Shown here piece after piece: positions 1-12,310 of a stretch of 64,000 nucleotides of DNA (position 1 is its first letter; each line of letters begins with the position of its first letter). This stretch comes from Squalus acanthias. Taxonomy: Eukaryota. A model generated the notes under the pieces. That model was not told the DNA's origin, made no database searches, and was given only the letters and a program-made list of their open reading frames with translations. The position numbers and the translations under genes are program-made. The stretch spans positions 18,786,001 to 18,850,000 of the forward strand of contig CM059425.1 in the NCBI GenBank assembly GCA_030390025.1, given 5' to 3'.

Positions 1-268
1 ACAGGTTTTTAAGCAAGTGCAGGGGCAGGGAAAGGGGGGAGGGGAGGAAAGAACAAAAGGGAAGGTCTGTGATAGGATGGAAGGCAGGAGAGATTAAGAG
101 ACATTAAGAGATGGTACAAGGCAAAAGGAGATGGTAATGGGACAAGTTAAGACACGGCTCTAGATGAAGTGTAAATGGCACTGGCAGAATGAAAGACAGC
201 TGCCATGTGGGAGAGAGAAAAAAAATAAAAAAATAAAATAAATGGAAAAAAAAGGATAGGGGCAGAGG

Positions 269-598
269 TTATGGTCTGAAATTGTTGCACTCTATGTTGA
301 GTCCAGAAGGCTGTAAAGTGCCTAATCGAAAGATAAGGTGCTGTTCCTCGAGCTTACATTGAGCTTCATTGGAACAGTGTAATAGGCCGAGGACGGTGAA
401 GTCTGAGTGGGAGTGGAGCTGAGAATTAAAGTGACAGGCGACCGGAAGCTCGGGGTCACCCTTACGGACTGAACGGAGGTGTTCCGCAAAGCGGTCACCC
501 AATCTACGTTTGGTCTCCCCAATGTAGAGGAGACAGCATCGTGAGCAGCGATTACAGTATACTAAATTGCAAAATGTACAAGTAAATCGCTGTTTCAC
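269..598 (-). pseudogene. GIY-YIG endonuclease domain of the Penelope-like element
   Basis: NLVYC..C..C.LLYIGETKRRLGDRFAEH ... HF ... EQHLI ... PSGLN motifs. Confidence 0.9.
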
Positions 599-1626
599 CT
601 GGAAGTGTTTGGGGCCCTGGACAGTGGGAAGGGTGGAGGTAAAAGGGCATGTGTTGCATCTCCTGCGCTTGCACGGGAAGGTGCCGGGCGAAGGGGAAGA
701 GGTGTTGGGGGTGATAGAGGAGTGGACCAGGGTGTCGCAGAGGGAGCGGTCCCTTCGGAATGCTGAAAGGGGAGGTGAGGGGAAGATGTGTTTGGTGGTG
801 GGATCACGCTGGAGGTGAAATGGCGGGGGATGATCCGTTGAATGTGGAGGCTGGTGGGGTGAAAGGTGAGGACAAGGGGAACCCTATCGTGGTTCCAGGA
901 GGGAGGGGAAGAGGTGAGAGCAGAAGTGCGGGAAATAGAACGGACATGGTCAAGAGCCGTGTCAACCACAGTAGAGGGGAATCCTCGTTTGAGGAAAAAG
1001 GAAGACATGTCGGAAGCACTGGTATGGAAGGTGGCATCGTCAGAGCAGATGCGGCGGAGATGGAGAAACTGGGAGAATGGAATAGAGTCCTTACAGGAAG
1101 CGGGGTGGGAGGAAGTGTAGTCCAGGTAGCTGTGGGAGTCAGTGGGCTTATAGTGAATGTTTGTCAATAGCCTGTCCCCAGAGATGGAGACAGAGAAGTC
1201 GAGGAAGGGAAGGGAAGAGTTGGAGATGGACCATGTGAAGGTGAGGGAAGGGTGGAAATTAGAAGCAAACTGAATGAAATTTTCTAGTTCAGGGCGAGAG
1301 CAGGAAACAGCACCGATACAGTCATCAATGTACCGGAAAAAGAGGTGAGGGAGGGGACCTGAGTAGGACTGGAACAAAGAATGTTTCACGTATCCCACGA
1401 AAAGGCAGGCATAGCTAGGACCCATGCGGGTTCCCATAGCAACACCTTTAATTTGGAGGAAGTGAGTGGAGTCAAAGTAGAAGTTGTTCAATGTGAGAAC
1501 AAGTTCAGCCAGGCGGAGGAGGGTGGTGGTGGATGGGGACTGGTTGGGCCTCTGTTCAAGGAAGAAGCGGAGCGCCCTCAGGCCATCCTGGTGGGGGATG
1601 GAGGTGTAGAGGGATTGGATGTCCAT
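595..1626 (-). pseudogene. Penelope-type reverse transcriptase domain (fragment)
   Basis: RT motifs GVAMG..GPSYA and YIDD, followed by the PLE-typical YKPTDSHSYLDYTSSHP thumb/linker; frameshift near 810. Confidence 0.9.
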
Positions 1627-3560
1627 AGTGAAAAGGAGACGGTTGCGGCCAGGAAACTGGAAACTGTTAAAGTGACGGAGGGCATCGGAAGAGTCGCGGA
1701 TATAGGTGGGAAGAGACTGGACAAGGGGAGAAAAAATAGAGTCGAGCTAGGAAGAGATAAGTTCCGTGGGGCAAGAACAGGCTGAAACGATGGGTCTAGC
1801 GGGGCAGTCCTGTTTGTGGATCTTGGGAAGGAGGTACAAGCGGGCTGTGCGGGGTTGGGGAATTATGAGGTTGGCGGCCGTGGAGTGAAGATCTCCAGAG
1901 GAGATGAGGTCAGTGACGGTCTTGGAAACGGTGGCTTGATGTTCGGTAGTGGGGTCATGGTCCAGGCGGAGGTAGGAGGAGGTGTCGGAGAGTTGGCGTT
2001 CAGCCTCCGCTAGGTAGAGGTCGGTTCACCAAACAACAACAGCACCACCCTTGTCAGCAGGTTTAATGACAATGTTGGGGTTGGATCTGAGAGAATGGAG
2101 TGCTGCAAGTTCAGAGGGAGGTAGGTTGAAGTGAGTGAGGGGAGCAGAGAAATTGAGACGGCCGATGTCACGCCCGCATTTTGCAATAAAAAGATCTAGA
2201 GAGAGTAAGAGGCCAGAGGGAGGGGTCCAGTTAGAACGAGAATTCTGAAAACGGGAGAATGGGTCCGCTGTGCAGGGGGAAGACTCCTGGCCAAAGAAGT
2301 GGGCACGGAGATGAAGGCGGTGGAAAAAGAGCTCAGCATCGTGCCGAGCTCGAAATTCATTGAGATGGGGGCGTAAGGGGATGTAGCTCAGGCCTTTGCT
2401 TAGGACTGATCGTTTGGGGTCAGAGAGGGGAAGGTCAGAGGGGATAGTGAAAACGCGGCAGGGGGTGAGATTGGAAGAAGGAATGGGGTCACAGGAAAGT
2501 GAAGGGGAAGAAGGTTCCAGAGGGGTGTTGGTGTCCAAGAGTTGTTGAAGCTTGCGATCCTTGACACCTGAAAGGAAGAAAAAAAGTTTTTTGTTAAAGC
2601 GCCGGATGAGGCGAAGGATGAAATGGAACTGCAGACCAGGACAACTTTGAGATAGAGTGAGTCGGTGCTGCTGAAGAGAGAGGTCGACAGTGTTCATATG
2701 GCGGCGCATGGCATTCAGCATGGATCTCAGGATACGGCGAGAGCAATGGTTCGAGGAAATCTGAATATCTTGGAAATATCTGTAGTCCTGGGTGGATCCA
2801 AAACACGAGGGGTGGAATTTCAGTTGGAATCCACGTGGAGTAAGTCATAGCCGGAGGCAGTTGCTGAGGAAAGCTATGTGGCTGTGAAAGCGAGTTCTGG
2901 TAGATACCTGATCAAACACAAGAAGGGAGATAGAGAGAGGTCGAGAGTGTTCATGTGGCGGCGCATGGCAATCAGCGTGGATCTCAGGATACGGCGAGAG
3001 CAGTGGTTCGAGGAATGCTGAATATCTTGGAGATATCTGTAGTCCTGGGTGGACTCCACCCTCCCCCACCTGGCTGAACTTGTTCTCACGTTGAACAACT
3101 TCTACTTTGACTCCACTCACTTCCTCCAAATTAAAGATGTTTCTATGGGAACCCGCATGGGTCCCAGCTATGCCTGCATTTTCGTGGGATATGGGGAACA
3201 TTCTTTGTTCCAGTCCTACTCAGGTCCCCTCCCTCACCTCTTTTTCCGGTACATTGATGAATGTATCGGTGCTGTTTCCTGCTCTAGCCCTGAACTAGAA
3301 AATTTCATTCACTTTGCTTCCAATTTCCACCCTTCCCTCACCTCCACATGGTCCATCTCCGACTCTTCCCTTCCCTTCATCGACTTCTCTGTCTCCATCT
3401 CTGGGGATAGGCTATTGACAAACATTCACTACAAGCCCACTGACTCCCACAGCTACCTGGACTACACTTCCTCCCACCCCGCTTCCTGTAAGGACTCTAT
3501 TCCATTCTCCCAGTTTCTCTGTCTCCGCCACATCTGCTCTGACGATGCCACCTTCCATAC

Positions 3561-3958
3561 ATAGAAATATAGAAGATAGGAGCAGGAGTAGGCCATTCGG
3601 CCCCTCGAGCCTGCTCCACCATTCAATGTGATCATGGCTGATTATCCAAATTCGGTACCCTGTCCCTGCTTTCTCCCCATATCCATTGTTCCCCTTAGCT
3701 TTAAGAAATATATTTAACTCCTTCTTGAATGTATTTAATGAATTGGCCTCAACTGCCTTCTGTGGTAGAGAATTCCACAGGTTCACCACTCTCTGGGTGA
3801 AGAAATTCCTCCTCATCTCAGTCCTAAATGGCTTACCCCTTATCCTTAGACTGTGACCCCTGGTTCTGGACTCCCCCGCCATCGGGAACAGCCTTCCTGC
3901 ATCTAGTCTGTCTAGTCCTGTTAGAATTTTATAAGTTTCAATGAGATCCCCTCTCATT
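3561..3958 (-). mobile_element. CR1 LINE 3' fragment (family A)
   Basis: RT C-terminus (RGDLIETYKIL...RNFFTQRVVNLWNSLP) plus 3'UTR and (TTTCTATG)n-like tail. Confidence 0.9.
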
Positions 3959-4397
3959 AGACATAGACATAGAAGATAGGAGCAGGAGTAGGCCATTCGG
4001 CACCTCGAGCCTGCTCCGCCAATCAATGTGATCATGGCTGCTCATCCAAACTCAGTATCCTGTACCTGCCTTCTCCCCATATCCCTTGATACCTTTAGCT
4101 TTAATAAATATATCTAACTCATTTTTGAATATATTTAATGACTTGGCCTCAACTACCTTCTGTGGTAGAGAATTCCACAGGTTCACCACTCTCTGGGTGA
4201 AGAAATTCTTCCTAATTTCTGTTCTAAATGGCTTACCCCTTATCCTTAGATTATGACCCCTGGTTCTGGACTCTCCGACCATCGGGAACATTCTTCCTGC
4301 ATCTAGTTTGTCAAGACCTGTCAGAATTTTATATGTTTCGATGAGATCCCCTCTCATTCTTCTATACTCCAGCGAGTATAAGCCCAACCAACCCAAT

Positions 4398-5681
4398 AAG
4401 AACATAAGAACATAAGAAATAGGAGCAGGAGTAGGCCAATCGGCCCCTCGAGCCTGCTCCGCCATTCAATAAGATCATGGCTGATCTGATCCTCACCTCA
4501 AATCTAAAGAACACAAGAAGTAGGAGCAGGACCCGGCCACTCAGGCCCTGGGCCCGCTCCGCCACCCACAGGGCCTCGACCGATCCGAACTCAGCCTCAT
4601 GTCCAATTTCCTGCCTGCTCCCCGTAACCCCTAATTCCCTTTACTTCTAGGAAACTGTCTATTTCTGTTTTAAATTTATTTAATGATGTAGCTTCCACAG
4701 CTTCCTGGGGCAGCAAATTCCACAGACCTACTACCCTCTGAGTGAAGAAGTTTCTCCTCATCTCAGTTTTGAAAGAGCAGCCCCTTATTCTAAGATTATG
4801 CCCCCTAGATCTAGTTTCACCCATCCTTGGGAACATCCTTACCGCATCCACCCGATCAAGCCCCTTCACAATCTTATATGTTTCAATAAGATCGCCTCTC
4901 ATTCTTCTGAACTCCAATGAGTAGAGTCCCAATCTACTCAACCTCTCCTCATATGTCCACCCCCTCATCCCCGGGATTAACCGAGTGAACCTTCTTTGTA
5001 CTGCCTCGAGAGCAAGTATGTCTTTTCTTAAGTATGGACACCAAAACTGTATGCAGTATTCCAGGTGCGGTCTCACCAATACCTTATATAACTGCAGCAA
5101 TACCTCCCTGTTTTTATAATCTATCCCCCTAGCAATAAAAGCCAACATTCCGTTGGCCATCTTGATCACCTGCTGCACCTGCATATTAACTTTTTGATTT
5201 TCTTACTCTAGGACCCCCAGATCCCTTTGTACTGCAGTACTTTCCAGTTTCTCGCCATTAAGATAATAACTTGCTCTCTGATTTTTCCTGCCAAAGTGCA
5301 TAGCCTCACATTTTCCAATATTGTATTGCATCTGTCAAATCTCCGCCCACTCACCCAGCCTGTCTATATCCCGTTGTAGGTTTTTTATGTCCTCCTCACT
5401 TTCTACTTTCCCTCCCATCTTTGTATCATCTGCAAACTTTGATATGTTACACTCGGTCCCCTCCTCCAAATCATTAATATAGATTGTAAAGAGTTGGGGA
5501 CCCAGCACCAACCCCTGCGGAACACCACTGGCTACTGGTTGCCAGTCCGAGAATGAACCATTTATCCCAACTCTCTGCTTCCTGTTAGATAACCAATCCT
5601 CCACCCATGCCAGAATATTACCCCCAATCCAGTGATTTTTTATCTTGAGCAATAATCTTTTATGTGGCACCTTGTCGAATG
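4398..5681 (-). mobile_element. 5'-truncated CR1 (family B relative) nested in the family A copy
   Basis: (TTCTTATG)n tail at 4398, RT 3' half, flanked by CCAAT at 4393-4397 and 5682-5686. Confidence 0.88.
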
Positions 5682-8106
5682 CCAATCTCTCCTCATATGT
5701 CATTCCTGCCATCCCAGGTATCAGTCTGGTGAATCTTCGCTGCACCCCCTCCATGGCAAGAACATCCTTCCTCAGATAAGGCAACCAAAACTGCACACAA
5801 TGCTCAAGGTGTGGTCTCACCAAGGCCCTGTACAACTGCAGCAAGTCATCCTTGCTCCTGTACTCGAATCCTCGCGCTATGAAGGCCAACATACCATTTG
5901 CCTTCTTAACCGCCTGCTGCACCTGCATGCTTACCTTCAGCGACTGGTGCACAAGGACACCCAGGTCTCGTTGCACTTCCCCTTTTCCCAATTTATTGCC
6001 GTTCAGATAATAATCTGCCTTTCTGTTTTTGACACCAAAGTGGATAACCTCGCATTTATCCACATTATACTGCATCTGCCATGCATCTGCCCAATCACCC
6101 AACCTGTCCAAATCATACTGGAATTTCTCTGCATCCTCCTCACAGCACACACGCCCACCCAGCTTTGTGTCGTCTGCAAACTTGGAGATATTACATCTAG
6201 TTCCCTTGTCTAGATCATTAATATATATTGTGAATAACTGGGGTCCTAGCACCGATCCCTGCGGTACCCCACTAGTCACTGCCTGCCACTCGGAAAAAGA
6301 CCCGTTTATTCCAACTCTTTGCTTCCTGTCTGCTAACCAGTTTTCTATCCAAGTCAGTACCTTACCCCCAATCCCATGTGCTTTATCTTTGCACGCTAAT
6401 CTCTTATGCGGGACCTTATCGAAAGCCTTCTGAAAGTCCAAATATACCACATTCACTGGTTCTCCCTTATCTATTCTACCAGTTACATCCTCAAAAAATT
6501 CCAAAAGATTAGTCAAGCATGATTTACCTTTTGTAAATCCATGTTGACTTTGTCCGATCCTGTCACTGTTTTCCAAGTGCTCTGCTATTACATCTTTTAT
6601 AATGGACTCTAGCATTTTCCCCACTACCGATGTCAGGCTTACCGGTCTATAATTCCCCATTTTCGCTTTACCACCTTTTTTAAATAGTGGGGTTACATTA
6701 GCTACCCTCCAATCCATGGGAACTGTTCCAGAGTCTATAGAATTTTGGAAGATGGCCAGCAATGCATCTACTATTTCTAGGGCGACTTCTTTAAGTACCC
6801 TAGGATGTAAATTATCAGGCCCTGGGGATTTATCGGCCTTCAATCCCATCAATTTCCCTAACACCATTTCCCTACAAATACTGATTTCATTCAGTTCCTC
6901 CCTCTCATTAGACCCTATGTTCCCCGACATCTCTGGGAGTTTATTTGTGTCCTCCTTTGTGAAGACAGAACCAAAGTATATATTTAATTGGTCTGCCATT
7001 TCTTTGTTCCCCATTATAAATTCCCCTGATTCTGACTGCAAGGGACCTACGCTTGACTTCACCAATCTTTTTCTCATCACATATCTATAGAAGCTTTTAC
7101 ACTCAGTTTTTATGTTCCCTGCAAGCTTACTCTCATACTCTATTTTCCCCCTCTTAATTAATCCCTTTGTCCTCCTTTGCTGAATCCTAAACTGCTCCCA
7201 ATCCTCAGGTTTGCTGCTTTTTCTGGCCAATTTATATGTCCTCTCCTTGGATCTTATGCTATCCCTAATTTCCCTTGTTAGCCACGGTTGAGTCAGCTTT
7301 TTTGTTTTATTTTTATGCCAAACAGGGATTAACAAATTCTGTAGTTCATCCATGCGATCTTTAAATGTTTGCCATTGCCTATCCACCATCAACCCTTTAA
7401 GTAACATTCCCCAATCCATCCTAGCCAACTCGCGCCTCATACCATCGTAGTTTCCTTTATTTAAATTCAGTACCCTAGTCTCTGAGTCAACTACTACTTC
7501 ACTCTCCATCTTAATGAAGAATTCTATCATTTGATGATCGCTCCTCCCCAAGGGGCCTCGCACAACAAGATTGCTAATTAATCCTTTCTCATTACATAAT
7601 ACCCAGTCTAAGATGGCCTGATCTCTCGTTCGTTCCTCGACATATTGGTCCAGGAAACCATCCCGTATACACTCTAGGAATTCCTCTTCCACAGTATTGT
7701 TACTAATTTGGTTAGCCCAATCTATATGTAGATTAAAGTCACCCATGATAACTGCTGTGCCCTTATTGCACGCATCTCTAATTTCCCATTTAATGCCATC
7801 CCCAACCTCAGCATTACTGTTTGGGGATCTGTATACAACTCCCACTAACGTTTTCTGCCCCTTGGTATTTCTCAGCTCTACCCATACAGATTCCACATCA
7901 TCAGAGCTAATATCCTTCCTTACTATTGTGTTAATCTCTTTAAGCAGCATTGCTACCCCACCTCCTTTTCCCTTTTGCCTGTCCTTCCTGAATATTGAAT
8001 ACCCCTGGATGTTGAATTCCCAGCCTTGGTCACCCTGGAGCCATTTCTCCGTAATCCCAACTATATCATATCCGTTTACATCTATTTGCGAAGCTAATTT
8101 ATCCAC
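5682..8106 (-). pseudogene. CR1 ORF2 (APE endonuclease + reverse transcriptase), open up to the nested insertion
   Basis: GITEKWL, MGDFN, LGRSDH (APE); [41 protein letters not shown] (RT). Confidence 0.93.
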
Positions 8107-8323
8107 CTTATTACGAATGCTCCTCGCATTAAGACACAGCCTTCAGGCTTGTTTTTTTTAACACTCTTAGACCTTTTAGAATTATTGATTACTGTGGCCA
8201 TGTTTGACTTACACCCTTGATTTCTCTGACCTCCACTTTTGCTTTTCTCCTTCCTGTCTTTTGCTTCTATCCTTGCTTCCCTTTCCTCTGTCTCCCTGCA
8301 CAGGTTCCCAACCCCCTGCCATT

Positions 8324-9273
8324 TTAGTTTAAACCCTCCCCAACAGCACTAGCAAACACTCCCCCTAGGACATCGGTCCCAGTCCTGCCCAGGTGCAAAC
8401 CATCCAGTTTGTACTGGTCCCACCTCCCCCAGAACCGGTTCCAATGTCCCAGGAATTTGAATCCCTCCCCCTTGCACCATTCTTCTAGCCACGTATTCAT
8501 CTGAAATATCCTTCTATTTGTACTCTGACTAGTACGTGGCACTGGCAGCAATCCTGAGATTACTACCTTTGAGGTCCTATTTTTTAATTTACCTCCTAAC
8601 TCCCTATATTCAGCGTTTAGGACCTCTTCCCATTTTTTACCCATATCGTTGATACCTATATGCACCACGACAACTGGCTGTTCACCCTCCCCCTCCAGAA
8701 TGCCCTGCAGCCGCTCCAAGACATCCTTGACCCTTGCACCAGGGAGGCAACATACCATCCTGGAGTCTCGTTTGTGGCCGCTGGAACGCCTATCTATTCC
8801 TCTTACAATAGGAGCCCCTATCACTATACTCTCCCACTCTTTTTCCTCCCGTCCTGTGCAGCTGAACCACCCATGGTGCCAGGAAGTTGGTTGCTGCTGC
8901 CTTCCCCCGATAAGCCATCCTCCTCAACAATATCCAAAGCGGTATATCTGTTTGAGAGGGGGATGGCCACAGGGGACCCCTGCACTACCTGCCTGCGCCT
9001 ACTACTCTGCCTGGTGGTCACCCATTCTCTTCCTGCCTGTGCAGCCTTTACCTGCGGTGTGACCAACTCATTAAACGTGATATCCACGACGTCCTCAGCA
9101 TCACGAATGCTTCTGTATGTATCCATTCGCAGCTCCAGCGCCGCAATGCGGTCTGCCAGTAGCTGCAGCTGGATACACTTCCCGCACACATGGTCAACAG
9201 GGACACAGGAAGTGTCCCTGATTTCCCACATAGTGGAGGAGGAGCATGCCACGGGGCCGAGCTGTGCTGCCAT
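8324..9273 (-). pseudogene. CR1 ORF1 (Cys-rich N-terminus, coiled coil, SGNH/GDSL-like esterase), split at about 8824
   Basis: CSS..MWE..C.KC; LELRMD coiled coil; IVRG, CLPGARV, HIGIND, DGLHL esterase blocks. Confidence 0.88.
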
Positions 9274-9585
9274 GACTTACCCTTTAATTAATTTAAATTA
9301 AATTAAATCAAATCAATACCACAAATTACACTACAATTAAATGATATAGTCAAGGGCCCTTGTTTACTAGCACTCCCCGCTACACAACTGAGACCTTAGA
9401 ATCTATAACCACAAAATTAAGACCTTCTAAACTTTATAAACTATTAACCTTAACTGTCAAACTATACAGTAGTATAAATACTCACCTGGCCGTACTCACC
9501 CAATCAGCTGCTTCCTCTTGCCCGCGTCACTTTTTGAATTGTGACGTGGCTCTGGAACGCCGCCGTCGGTCTGCGAGATTGGTAA

Positions 9586-9810
9586 GCCTCTGAAAAAAGC
9601 CCCCAAAGTGAGTTTAAATACTCACTGTACCATCGCTCTTTCCGCTCCCGACACTGGCCTCTGAAAAAAAAGCCCGCGAAAGTGAGTTTAAATACTCACT
9701 GTACCGTCACTCTCTCCGCTCCCAACACCGGCCTCTGAAAAAAAAGCCAGCGAAAATGAGTTTAAATACTCATTGTACCATCGCTCTCTCCGCTCCCGAC
9801 ACCGGCCTCT
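9586..9810 (-). repeat. Three ~74-bp tandem units at the CR1 5' end
   Basis: Unit gcctctgaaaaaa..agtgagtttaaatactcactgtacc..tccgctcccgacac repeated three times, hairpin period 74. Confidence 0.9.
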
Positions 9811-10859
9811 GCTTCCGACATGTCTTCCTTTTTCCTGAACCGAGGATTCCCCTCTACTGTGGTTAACACGGCCCTTGACCGTGTCCATTCTATTTCCCGC
9901 ACTTCTGCTCTCACCTCTTCCCCTCCCTCCCGGAACCACGATAGGTTTCCCCTTGTCCTCACCTTTCACCCCACCAGCCTCCACATTCAACGGATCATCC
10001 GCCGCCATTTCTGCCACCTCCATCGTGATCCCACCACCAAACACATCTTCCCCTCACCTCCCCTTTCAGCATTCCGAAGGGACCGCTCCCTCCGCGACAC
10101 CCTGGTCCACTCCTCTATCACCCCTAACACCCCTTCCCCTTCGCCCGGCACCTTCCTGTGCAAGTGCAGGAGATGCAACATATGCCCTTTTACCTCCACT
10201 CTTCCGACTGTCCAGGGCCCCAAACACTCCTTCCAGGTGAAACAGCGATTTTCTTGTACTTTTTGCAATTTAGTATACTGTATTCGCTGCTCATGATGCG
10301 GTCTCCTCTACATTAGGGAGACCAAACGCAGCTTGGGTGACCGTTTTGCGGAACACCTCCGTTCAGTCCGTAAGGGTGACTCCGAGCTTCCGGTTGCCTG
10401 TCACTTTTTTGCTCCGCTCCACTCCCACTCAGACCTCACCGTCCTTGGCCTCTTACACTGTTCCAATGAAGCTCAATGTAAGCTCGAGGAACATCACCTC
10501 ATCTTTCGATTAGGCACTTTACAGCCTTCTGGACTCAACATAGAGTGCAACAATTTCAGACCATAACCTCTGCCCCTATCCTTTTTTTTCCATTTATTTT
10601 ATTTATTTATTTTTTTCTCTCTCCCACATGGCAGCTGTCTTTCATTCTGCCAGTGCCATTTACACTTCATCTAGAGCCATCTTTTGTGTCTTAACTTGTC
10701 CCATTACCATCTCCTTTTGCCTTGCACCATCTCTTAATGTCTCTTAATCTCTCCTGCCTTCCATCCTATCACAGACCTTCCCTTTTGTTCTTTCCTCCCC
10801 TCTCCCCTTTCCCTGCCCCTGCACTTGCTTAAAAACCTGTTCGATCTCCAGCTTTTTCC

Positions 10860-10896
10860 AGTTCTGACGAAGGGTCATCGACCTGAAACGTTAACT
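10860..10896 (+). ncRNA. Minimal type I hammerhead ribozyme motif in the PLE 3' repeat
   Basis: AGTT-CTGACGA-A-GGGTC(ATC)GACCT-GAAA-C-GTT-AACT: conserved CUGANGA and GAAA boxes, stems I and II, palindromic ACGT stem III. Confidence 0.8.
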
Positions 10897-12101
10897 CTGT
10901 TTCTTTCTCCACAGATGCTGCCTGACCTGCTGAGTATTTCCAGCATTTTCTTTTTTTATTTCAGATTTCCAGCATCCGCAGTATTTTGCTTTTTATTATT
11001 TAAATGTTGGATTTAACCTTATTATCCATAAGATTGAAAATGTAATATCTACAAGCACTTGCTCTCAATAGAACGTGACTTTCTATTGTTACGTTTTTGA
11101 CATGCTTTTTGTGTCATCTTTTCCACGTTATAAATTTCTATATCCACATTCAGGTTTCGCCTTTATTAACTTGTCACTGTGACTGTGCAATCTGACCTCC
11201 AGGTTCCCACAGATTGCTCAATGCTTTCTGAATTTTTTGTTACATATGCCATTTCTTTCTCAGTAACTGGAATTTCTAAAGCTTAAAATCAGGATTGAAA
11301 CAATTTTTTTTTAATCTAAAAATTACAGACCTGATTTTAACCCTGCCCACCCGATGAGAACTGTGGAATATTTTTCTGCACGATTTTCTGCTCAGTAGCT
11401 TTTCTCTAAATAATTTGGTTAAACATGAGGATGAATTTCAACACAATTATGGAAGTAAAATTTATATTTTCTTAAAAAAACAGGCTGTCTCTGTTTAGAA
11501 GTGTGTGAGAAAAATGACAGTGTTCTGATTACACACCTATTGCAGCTTTTGTTTTGTGCTCTATACGGTTGCGGCTTAGAAAGAGAGAGTGAAACTGAAG
11601 TCAGAGAAAAGGGGAGAGACATTTTATCCTAGAACTTGAATCATGCTGAGACTGTTTCTCAGGCATAAAACAGGTGACTAATTTTGAAGATGACGCAAGA
11701 AGTGAGTCACCTGCCATATTGGATTGGCCTCTGCCATAGGTGTTCAGGGCATATGTCAGAATGATTCAGGAAGCTCAGTACAATATTTAAATAAGAGTTC
11801 TATGCTGGTTCTAGGACCCTTTTATGAAATTGGTCTGCCTCAGTGCCTCTCTCACGATGTGATAAACTTGCTCAGCAAATCGTGGTGCTAACAGTCAGTA
11901 AGGGTGCTGCAGGGGCGCTATTTAAAGGGCTCATCCCCTCCATAAAAGTTATTTGCTAGTTTGTCCTCCTAGACTCCTTTCTGCATTCCACAAGTGAATT
12001 CTGACATACTAACACCTTTGTGCAGGTGCTGGACTGCTTTTGTCATATTTGGAAAGAGTTTATTCCAGTCATGTGTGGTCTGGTAGGTCTGCTGGGAAAA
12101 G

Positions 12102-12310
12102 ATGGATGAGGAGGGTATTGCACAGGAGGCCATACCCATAGCAGGTTTCAGGGAGAATTTGTCTTACCTCAACTTTTCTGAGAAGCAATGTCTGAGGCTC
12201 CTGCGCTTCACCAAGGTGACTGACAAATTCTATGTCACCTGCTGCAGGCAGAACTGGAGTCCCAAACCAGGGCATGGACAGCAGTACCTGTGGCTGTCAA
12301 GGACACTGTG
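12102..12310 (+). pseudogene. Decayed Harbinger transposase N-terminal fragment
   Basis: FRENLSYLNFSEKQCLRLLRFTK resembles YREQLSYIHMSEELCLRRLRFSK of 57905-59065. Confidence 0.7.

Larger units (their letters stand above)
1..3052 (-). mobile_element. Penelope-like retroelement (RT + C-terminal GIY-YIG endonuclease), decayed; runs off window start
   Basis: ORFs 2026-2721 (..IKPADKGGAVVVW), 595-1626 (DIQSLYTSIP, GVAMGTRMGPSYA, FRYIDD) and 269-598 (LYIGETKRRLGDRFAEH) are frameshifted pieces of one PLE ORF. Bases 1-268 are the reverse complement of the 3' region at about 10565-10840. Confidence 0.93.
3959..9810 (-). mobile_element. Near full-length CR1 LINE (family A), interrupted at 4398-5681
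   Basis: 5'UTR with tandem repeats, ORF1 (9273-8324), ORF2 APE+RT (about 8150-5682, resuming 4397-4052), 3' tail at 3959. Confidence 0.92.
3053..11000 (+). mobile_element. Second, inverted Penelope-like copy (3053-3560 + 9811-11000), interrupted by a CR1 cluster
   Basis: RT sequence stops at ...gacgatgccaccttccatac (3560) and resumes at gcttccgacatgtcttcc (9811). These are separated by only 'cagt' in the minus copy (about 1003-1041). GIY-YIG ORF pieces at 9820-10296 and 10333-10566; the 3' tail carries a hammerhead motif. Confidence 0.92.

Noticed and set aside
5335..8106. 923-aa ORF with an apparently duplicated RT core
   Set aside because: It is a chance in-frame fusion at 5681/5682 (YEERL|AFDKVPH) between the family A ORF2 and a nested family B fragment with a CCAAT TSD, not a tandem-RT protein.
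9586..9810. CRISPR-like array of palindromic repeats
   Set aside because: Whole units are repeated with no unique spacers; the context is a eukaryotic LINE 5'UTR with no cas genes.
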